From contig MCFH01000137.1 in assembly GCA_002104945.1 (NCBI GenBank), forward strand, positions 1-28,836: DNA of 28,836 nucleotides, written 5' to 3'. The stretch is from Piromyces finnis finn (lineage: Eukaryota; Fungi; Neocallimastigomycota). The position numbers were made by a program, and so were the translations under genes. This document shows positions 20,754 through 28,836 of the stretch, piece after piece; positions within the stretch are counted from its first letter, which is position 1, and each line of letters opens with the position of its first letter. Below the pieces are notes generated by a model, which saw only the letters and a program-made list of their open reading frames with translations, was not told the DNA's origin and made no database searches.

Positions 20754-20893
20754 TAGAAATTTCTTTTTCTCTGAAACATAACACAAATAATGAGTCATTT
20801 TAGAATATGATCATAAAAAAAAAATGTATCATCTTATATATAATTTTATATCCTCTTATATAATCCAATAATCCAATAATATAATAATTATAA

Positions 20894-20929
20894 GATAGGT
20901 AGGATAGGTAGGATAGGTAGGATAGGTAT
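20894..20929. repeat. Minisatellite (GATAGGTAG)x4
   Basis: Directly visible 9-bp tandem; the last copy ends in T. Confidence 0.9.
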
Positions 20930-21849
20930 TCCATATCCTAATATAGTTTCTAAGCTATATTCTATCATATGAACTACTCTATATAATATACATTATTATG
21001 AAATTATGAATACACAAAGTTTACTTTTCTGTTTTATGTATCATATATAAAGAGTGGTTTGGAGAGTTATTCTTATATCATGAATACTGATGATTACAAT
21101 ATATATAAATCAATTTATTAACTTTAATCATGACTTTAAACTTTGATATTAATTAAATAAAGAGTTGGTGTATTCCTAACACAATTCAACGAATCTTTTA
21201 GTTTATTTTAGTTGTAATGTCGTCCTGCTTTAAGTTAAATTATCCAACAATCCTTTCTTATAAAATCATTTGCTACTTTTTTTTTATCCTCATATTCACA
21301 CTTTTTTTATTATAACCTCGTGATTATTTTTTTCAATTCCAAAATAGGTTTATTTAATGTATTCTTTAAATTTTTGTAATGGACTATCTACCTAACTAAA
21401 TTATTGAAATTACTCCTTACATTCATTAATATTATAAACTTTAAAAATTTTTTTGATTTTAATGGATGATGTGCAAATAAACTAAATTATATTTAAAAGG
21501 TTTAATAATTATTCATGTGTATTTCCTATATTAACACCAAGATCTTTACTAAACAAAATTAAAAATACAAGAATCCTAATTGAAATAATTTAATGATCCT
21601 TTTGGTTTTATTTTATTTTATTTTATTTAATTTTATTCTATTTTGTTATTCAAATTTGCTTTTTTTTTTTTTTTAAAAAAAAAATGATAATTTTTACTCT
21701 TTTATTTAACCCTAAAAGAGATGACATTTTTATTTTCAATTATTACTTTTAAAAAATAATATTATAATTTTTTATTTTATGTATAATTTAAAAATATTAT
21801 TTTTTTATTGCTATTAATAATTTTATTTTCTTTAAAAAAAGAAAACGAC

Positions 21850-22779
21850 TTAAAGACATTGAGAGTAATAATCATTAACAAATACACATTTTGAGCCTGA
21901 TTGGCAACATGTAGGACCATTAAATCCTATACCACCACATTGTCCCCATTTAGTAGCACAATTTTGATTAGTAGTAGTAGTAGTTGAAGTTGAAGTTACT
22001 TTTACAGTTTCGGTAATAGTAACAGTATCAATTTCAGTGATAGTCACCTTAACTGTAGAACATTGATTTATAATTGTTTTAGTAGTAGTAGTAGTTGGAA
22101 TAGTTTTAGTTGAAGTAGTAGTAGTAGTTGGAATAGTTTTAGTTGAAGTAGTAGTAGTAGTTGGAATAGTTTTAGTTGAAGTAGTAGTAGTAGTAGTAGT
22201 AGTTGGAATAGTTTTGGTTAAAATAGTGGTAGTAGTAGTAGTTGGAATAGTTTTAGTTGAAGTAGTAGTAGTAGTAGTAGTTGGAATAGTTTTAGTTGAA
22301 GTAGTAGTAGTAGTAGTAGTTGGAATAGTTTTAGTTAAAGTAGTGGTAGTAATTGAAATATTAGAATTTGAAAAGAGTGGTAGAGGTCTAGTAGCAATGA
22401 TTTCTGCAGTACTTGTTGCAAGAGTTATGGAGGAAGTAGTGGAAAGCTTTGATTTAGTAAAAATTGGTATTGTTCTAAGGGTAGGAAGGGCAGTTGTTGT
22501 AGTTTTTGTTATTCCAGAATAATCACAGTAATAAGTATCGTAACAATATTCATGTCTTAATGTCCAAACACCACCTACTCGAATACATTCTTCCTTATAT
22601 CCAGGTAAAGGTGTTACAGGAGTTCGACCTTCACAAAATTTTTCTTTTTCAGAAGGATCAGTTGGTTGACCTGGTATAGTTTTAGTGGCACTTACAATGG
22701 TATTTTCAGAATTAGAAGCATTAATAAAAGTTAAAGCTGTCAAAAAGACAACATAAAATAATAATTGAGATGTTTTCAT
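21850..22779 (-). CDS. Secreted non-catalytic CBM1 protein (signal peptide, small 4-Cys domain, Thr-rich repeats, C-terminal CBM1)
   Basis: C-terminal [36 protein letters not shown] is a canonical CBM1; ([12 protein letters not shown])n linker; no glycoside hydrolase motif seen. Confidence 0.92.
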   Translation of the reverse strand: MKTSQLLFYVVFLTALTFINASNSENTIVSATKTIPGQPTDPSEKEKFCEGRTPVTPLPGYKEECIRVGGVWTLRHEYCYDTYYCDYSGITKTTTTALPTLRTIPIFTKSKLSTTSSITLATSTAEIIATRPLPLFSNSNISITTTTLTKTIPTTTTTTTSTKTIPTTTTTTTSTKTIPTTTTTTILTKTIPTTTTTTTTSTKTIPTTTTTSTKTIPTTTTTSTKTIPTTTTTKTIINQCSTVKVTITEIDTVTITETVKVTSTSTTTTTNQNCATKWGQCGGIGFNGPTCCQSGSKCVFVNDYYSQCL

Positions 22780-24112
22780 TTTTAAATATAAAATTATAAT
22801 TTTATTAAAAATATTATTTAACCTTTGAATTATTTTTATATTGAAAAGCTATTAATCTAAATAGACCTTTTTTTTTATTTATTCTTTAATTATTTTTATT
22901 TAAATATTATTCTTTTTTTTTTTTTTTTTTTCTTTAATAAATAGTTTATTATAAATTATTTATAAAAAAAAATTATAATAAATATTTATTTTTTTTTATT
23001 TCTTTTTTAATTTAAAAAAGAAAAAAGAAAAATCCAACTTTATATAAACCTTTATGTAATTCATTGTAAGAAAAGAAATTAATTTTTTTTAAAAAAAAAC
23101 AAAGAATTGTGTAACAATTCAATTAAAAACATAAAGGGGTAAATGGAGTACAAAATAAATTAAAATTTTATTAAATTTATTTTCCATGATACGAAATGGA
23201 TATAACAATTTTATTTTATTTATTTTTAAAAAAAAAATATTACAAAACTATACTTTTTAAAAGTATAACCCTTAGTCATCCTATCTTTTAAAAGTTTAAA
23301 ACTATATATTAATTATAATATTATTATCTTTAATATGTAAAGACATAAAGAATTATTTGTTGATTATAGTAATGGAATTAGAGGAAATTTTTTTTTAAGA
23401 AAGCAGAGATGGCAAAATAGTATCATTTTTCATTCTACAACTTTTTAAATATTTTTTTTTTTTTTTTGAGAATTTATAAAAATTAAAATCATCTTTTTCA
23501 TATTTATTTTTTTTATTGTATTATCCAACTTTTATATCTAGTAATTCGTGATCTAGAACTAATTTATGTTTTAATATTAATCATAATATTATTAATCTTC
23601 AAATGTAATATGTATATACACTTTTATTTTTATTCAATTCTATGAATGCTTATTCATTTCATTTTTGTTATGAATTGTCCTTCTTTTTTTCTATATCATC
23701 AATAATTTTTTTTTTAAAAAAAAAAAAAACAACTAAATCGGTTATATATTGATATAATTAAAATTAATAGAACAAAATAAAAAAATATATTTAACTCATA
23801 AACAATTATAATAGAAAATAATAAAGTATTAAATACTTTTCAATTTCTTTTGATATATTTATTTTATTTTATACTATAAAAGTTATTGCATATCATGTTT
23901 TATCTTTTTTCATTTCATTGATTTTTAAATTTAATTTGTTTACAAAACAAATAATAGATTTTATACTATAATTTAGCAATAAATCGATTACTAAAAAAAT
24001 TTTTTTTTTAAAAACATTTTATTAAAATATATTTAAATACATAATCAATATGTATATTTATTAATACTTAATGTACTTATTTATACTATAAATTACATTT
24101 TATTAACTTTGT

Positions 24113-25018
24113 TTAAATACATTGAGAGTAGGATGAACTGTATTCATGACAGGTAGAACCTTGTTCACAACAGGTTGGACCAGAATAACCAGTACCACCA
24201 CATTGAGCCCATTTCTTAGCACAATTTTCTTGTGGTTGGCTTGTTGGTTCAGATGAATTAACAGTAATAGTAACTCTTTCAGTAACAGTAACCTTTACCT
24301 TTTCAGTGAGAGTTACAGTAACTGGTGTGCAGTTAGAATCTGATGGATTAACCTTGGTTGTAGTGGTTGGGATAACCTTGGTTGAAGTGGTAGTGGTTGG
24401 AATTACCTTGGTTGAAGTAGTAGTGGTTGGGATAACCTTGGTTGAAGTAGTAGTGGTTGGGATAACCTTGGTTGAAGTGGTAGTGGTTGGGATAACCTTG
24501 GTTGAAGTAGTAGTGGTTGGGATAACCTTAGTGGAAGTGGTAGTGGTTGGGATAACCTTGGTTGAAGTGGTAGTGGTTAGGATAACCTTGGTTGAAGTGG
24601 TAGTAGTTGGGATAACCTTAGTGGAAGAACTTATTCTATTATTAGTGGTATATACTGGTAATGCTTTAGTAAAGGTTCTTGTATCGAGTCCACAATAACA
24701 CCATTTGCTATTTTCAATACTCCATTCACCATATTTATCTCTAATGTAAATAGTGTCACAAGTATTTTTATCTTTACAATAGTTTGTGTCTTCAGGTAAA
24801 GGTACAACTGTTGCAGAAGCAGTCTTAGTAGTTGTAATAACTACAGTTTTCATTGTAGTAGTAACAGTTTTTTTAGTTATTGATGAGTTTGATGGAATTT
24901 TTGGAGGAAGACTTGTTTGTTTTGATATATATTCATAGGAAGGGTTCAAATAAGTAGTTGTTTGAGCATTAGAAAGAGCTCCTAATAAACCAACTAAAAG
25001 AAAATTATATAATTTCAT
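24113..25018 (-). CDS. Secreted non-catalytic protein with a dockerin-like (CBM10-type) motif, (TTTSTKVIP)n linker and C-terminal CBM1
   Basis: CBM1: CAKKWAQCGGTGYSGPTCCEQGSTCHEYSSSYSQCI. CKDKNTCDTIYIRDKYGEWSIENSKWC resembles the second half of a fungal dockerin (C..v.y.D..G.WgvEn..WC). Signal peptide MKLYNFLLVGLLGALSNA. Confidence 0.88.
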   Translation of the reverse strand: MKLYNFLLVGLLGALSNAQTTTYLNPSYEYISKQTSLPPKIPSNSSITKKTVTTTMKTVVITTTKTASATVVPLPEDTNYCKDKNTCDTIYIRDKYGEWSIENSKWCYCGLDTRTFTKALPVYTTNNRISSSTKVIPTTTTSTKVILTTTTSTKVIPTTTTSTKVIPTTTTSTKVIPTTTTSTKVIPTTTTSTKVIPTTTTSTKVIPTTTTSTKVIPTTTTKVNPSDSNCTPVTVTLTEKVKVTVTERVTITVNSSEPTSQPQENCAKKWAQCGGTGYSGPTCCEQGSTCHEYSSSYSQCI

Positions 25019-26597
25019 TTTTATTTTATTTTTTTATTTTTTTTTTTTTTATTATTTATTTTTTATTTATTTTTTTTTTTTTGTTTTAAATATTCTCTCT
25101 AATTTAAATGAAAACTTTTTTAACTTTTATATTCTTTTTTTTTTTTTTTTTTTAATTAAATAGTAGATTTGAATTAAATTAAAATTTATATTAAAAATTG
25201 ACTACGTTGTTTTACAAGCCTTCAATGTATTTACATTAATGTGTTTCATTAATTTAAAATATCACATGCCATATATTATATACTATAAAGATATATTTTC
25301 AATCTATATAATTAATTAGTGTAATTGTATTATACATGTTATACCTAACTTACATCTATTAGGATTGTTTTAATCCCAGAAAATAATAACTGCTAGTCCA
25401 AATCTTTTAAGAAAAATTGTTAATCGTAGTGGATTGGGAAAAAACATGAAACTAATGAATATATTAAATTAAATATTTATACATAAAACTTGAAATTAAT
25501 GAGTATAAGCATGTATAAGCAACTTAGTATATATAAATGTTACAATGAAAAAAAAAAAAAAAAACTTATATTTTTTAATTGATGTATTGGATAAAACTAT
25601 TGTTTTTTATATTTTAACTCAATCGAAATAGTTATTCATTTAAAAGAAGAAAATATAAATGAAAATTTAGATAAAAATTACATAGAGAAATTATTAATAA
25701 TAGTATAGTAAATAATAATTCTAAAAGATACGTTTATTAAGTAGTATTGAAGTTACTTTTTTTTTTAAAATTTTTATTAATATTAGTTAGGTATGTATTT
25801 AATACTATTTATAAACAGAAATTTTTTCTAAAGGAGCATATATATTTGCTATTTATAATTATTCTGAAATGTATCAATGCAAAAATAAAAAAAAAAAAAA
25901 ACGTCGGTATGGAGATGACTTATCTATTTGTTATTATAAAAAGTAAATTCATAGATGGTAGTAATGTATTAATAACCTAAATTATTTCTATTAACTTTTA
26001 ATCCATTTTAAATATCTATAAATACTTTTATAAATTATTGCTAATATTATAAAAATGCATAGTGTAAAGTAAAAACCTTTATATAACTTTGGCTTTATTT
26101 AATATATTATATTTTATTTATTGTACAACAAATTTTAAATTAAATCCATGAAATAATAATGCATTAAATAGTAAGGTATACTATTATATATTAATAAGAC
26201 AAAATAAAATAGTTTTCTCTAATTAAATCAAAAGTATACTGTGTAATTTTATTTTACTCTATATTATAATAATAATCTGGGGTTTTTTTTTTTAATTCTT
26301 CAAATTTCAAATTTAATACATAATTAGAATCTTTTATTTTATCTTTTATATTTTATCATTATCATTAAAGAATTAAATAATAAAATAAAATATCAAGTGA
26401 AACATGAATCCAGAAATATTTAAAAAAATTCTAAAGTTTATTATATCATAAAATCAATATTTCATTAATTTTCAAATTAATGTTTATATATATAATCATT
26501 CAGATATTTATTAAAATAGTATTAAGTATTGGGTAAGTATTATTAAAAATATATATTTATTATTATTTTATAATTAAATATAAAACAATAATAATAC

Positions 26598-26820
26598 ATT
26601 AAAAACTTTATCGTCATATATACAAGATACAGCAATGTAACATTTTAAATTGTAGTTTTCATCTGAAAATTCAATAGAGTTACTTAAAATATCATAAATT
26701 CCTAATTTAATACAATTACTCTTTCTGCAATAATAACTCCATTCATAATTTACATTTACTCCTGAATTTTGATATTTATTCACAAAAGTATCAGGTACAT
26801 TATTCATAGTTACATTTAAA
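26598..26820 (-). CDS. Possible isolated coding exon of unknown gene
   Basis: Coding-like stretch (LNVTMNNVPD...YDDKVFN) flanked by a TACAG acceptor and a GTATTA donor; neighbouring exons not convincingly identified. Confidence 0.3.
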
Positions 26821-27169
26821 CTGTATATCAAAGGAAGTATAAATAAATATGTATATAATTAAATATAACATTATAATATCTAAATATCTAAATGTTTTAT
26901 ACGTTTATTTAAGAAAAGTATACATTTCCTAATATACAAAATAATAATGATAAATTGAGTTTTTTTTTTATTAAAATTTTTTTTTTTTTTTTTACTTTCA
27001 ATTTATAGAATTATTAGAATTTTCTATATATTAAAATAGAAGATGCTAAAATTTTATATTGAAATTCGATTGGTTGAAAATTAATGACAATCATTTTATT
27101 AACATTTAAAAATATTTTTAAATCACATATCACATATATGATAAAAATAATATTATTAATGATAAATAG

Positions 27170-28836
27170 TTAATCACATTTATTAACAAAGCTAATAAAA
27201 ACTTGTTCGAGAGAGTACTGTCCAAAATTATATTGATTGATAATACGTTGATCTTTAGCACTTTCCATCAGAGAAAAAACTCTGCCAATATTTTCTATTT
27301 TTATTTTTATAGAATACTTTTGATAATTCATCGAGGATTCAACGTCATAGGTTTCGTCGGCTTCTAAACCAAATAAATTTTTTTCTTTAACAATACTTTT
27401 TTCAAATTCTTCAGGATCGGAAGTAAAGACTTCCAAGGTGTAAATGTTACTGTGATTCATCTTAATACTTCTTGGCGTATCAATACAAACTAAACGTCCT
27501 TTAACTAAAATGGCAATACGATTACAGAGAGCTTCTGCTTCTTCCGTGGAATGCGTTGTTAAAATTGTAGCTGTTTCCCGATCATTCTTTATTTTTGAAA
27601 TTAACTTCCACATATAACGACGTGTAAACGGATCCATACCTGCACTTGGTTCATCTAAAATGAGGAAACTTGGGGAGGAACAAATAGCTATAATTAAAGA
27701 AAGTTTACGTTTAGTACCACCACTAATTTCACATACCTTTTTATTTGCATGAATTTCAATACCACAAGCTTCAATTAATGCTTTTTTGTAAATAGGTATA
27801 TCTTTGGAGGAATAACCACAAATATTAAGGTAGAATTCAATGGTTTCTTTCACCGTTAATAACTTCCAAAGGGCATCGTGTTGAGAACAATAACCTAATC
27901 CCAAATCTGTTAATTCTGTTTTATTTATATCTTTTTTATTGTATTGTATGATACCATTGGTGCGTGATAAAAGACCAGTAATCATAGAAATAGAAGTAGT
28001 TTTACCAGCTCCATTTGGACCTAATATACCAAGACATTCACTTTTATTAACGCCAAAGCTAACATCATCCACAATACGGTTAATGTATCTTTTTTTATTT
28101 TCATCAAAGTATATACGATTATCCATTTTTTCAAATGCACTTTTAGATTTTTTATTCTTTTGTCTTGTTTTGTTTTTCTTTTCTATTTTGTCTTTATTAT
28201 CACTACTGTCATCCTTCTTCTTCTTATTTTCAGCTTCCTTTTTCTTTTTCTTTTTAATATCTCTTGATTTTATTTTGAAATATTTACTTAATTGGAATAC
28301 CTCCAATACAATATTCCTAGTAGTAGTATTACTATCATCATCAGCATCATCAAGAGATTGCTTTATTTTTTCATATTCATTTCGAACATCTATTGGTCCA
28401 TCTTCAATTTTCTTATCCTTCTCATTTCTTTCCTCGGGTGAGTGTTTATCCGTGTGATGTAAACGTTTTTGCTTTACCTTTTCCAAAATAATTAAAATAC
28501 ATCCATATACTATAATGATGCCAATGGCAAACATAACCAAATAGATAAACTTATACCTTGGATAAAATACATCTTTAAGGGTTGGTCTTCTCGACTCAAA
28601 ATATGTTTTTTTAAGAAGCTTGGATTTTTGACTGCTGGTAAGATTTGCATTAGAATTTATAGCGACAGCTTCCTCTGACAATAAAAAATTGTCAATAGCT
28701 TCTTCGGACAAGGTATTCATTTTATACATCAAGAGAGAGTTTAATTTTCCGTAATAAAGAATAATTAAACCTGGAACAAAGAAAATTAAAATAATATAGG
28801 TACAAAAGAGTAGTTTTTTATCTTTTATTAATTTTT
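27170..28836 (-). CDS. ABCA-subfamily ABC transporter, 3' part (TM segments and final nucleotide-binding domain); 5'-truncated by the window
   Basis: Walker A GPNGAGKTT, signature ISGGTKRKL, Walker B/D-loop LILDEPSAGMDP, H-loop TTHSTEEAEALC, and C-terminal SLEQVF typical of ABCA. The frame stays open from the called start (28732) to the window end (KLIKDKKLLFCTYIILIFFVPG...). Confidence 0.93.
   Translation of the reverse strand, partial: KLIKDKKLLFCTYIILIFFVPGLIILYYGKLNSLLMYKMNTLSEEAIDNFLLSEEAVAINSNANLTSSQKSKLLKKTYFESRRPTLKDVFYPRYKFIYLVMFAIGIIIVYGCILIILEKVKQKRLHHTDKHSPEERNEKDKKIEDGPIDVRNEYEKIKQSLDDADDDSNTTTRNIVLEVFQLSKYFKIKSRDIKKKKKKEAENKKKKDDSSDNKDKIEKKNKTRQKNKKSKSAFEKMDNRIYFDENKKRYINRIVDDVSFGVNKSECLGILGPNGAGKTTSISMITGLLSRTNGIIQYNKKDINKTELTDLGLGYCSQHDALWKLLTVKETIEFYLNICGYSSKDIPIYKKALIEACGIEIHANKKVCEISGGTKRKLSLIIAICSSPSFLILDEPSAGMDPFTRRYMWKLISKIKNDRETATILTTHSTEEAEALCNRIAILVKGRLVCIDTPRSIKMNHSNIYTLEVFTSDPEEFEKSIVKEKNLFGLEADETYDVESSMNYQKYSIKIKIENIGRVFSLMESAKDQRIINQYNFGQYSLEQVFISFVNKCD

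Noticed and set aside
20894-20929. Telomeric repeat remnant
   Set aside because: Only four internal 9-bp copies; nothing in the window links this unit to a chromosome end.
22214-24698. Val-rich plus-strand ORFs 22214-22522 and 24306-24698
   Set aside because: Antisense readings of the Thr-rich linkers of the CBM1 genes.
25747-25980. 77-aa ORF
   Set aside because: Low-complexity AT-rich intergenic sequence starting at a non-ATG codon; no motif.
27939-28457. 172-aa plus-strand ORF
   Set aside because: Antisense shadow of the Lys-rich part of the ABCA gene.

Overview
Very AT-rich eukaryotic DNA, most likely from an anaerobic gut fungus (Neocallimastigomycota; inferred from extreme AT content, fungal CBM1 modules, a dockerin-like CBM10 motif and a lineage-typical ankyrin protein). 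From left to right: (1) a ~3 kb near-perfect palindrome (1-3014) whose arms hold remnants of an AAA-ATPase-like/PD-(D/E)XK nuclease gene and a LINE fragment; (2) an ankyrin-repeat gene; (3) a ~4.9 kb minus-strand APE/RT LINE whose ORF1 and pol frames differ by one base; (4) an orphan secreted protein; (5) the main result, a 4,883-bp LTR element (15690-20572) with near-identical LTRs, a 5-bp ATTCT target-site duplication, a polypurine tract and a degenerate PBS. It has no intact gag/pol but carries an intronless secreted GH24 phage-type lysozyme gene, i.e. a probable non-autonomous LTR retroelement mobilising an antibacterial enzyme; (6) an older solo LTR of the same family; (7) two tandem non-catalytic CBM1 proteins, one with a dockerin-like motif; (8) the 3' part of an ABCA transporter gene running off the window end. 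All family assignments come from motif recognition by eye; no database search was run.
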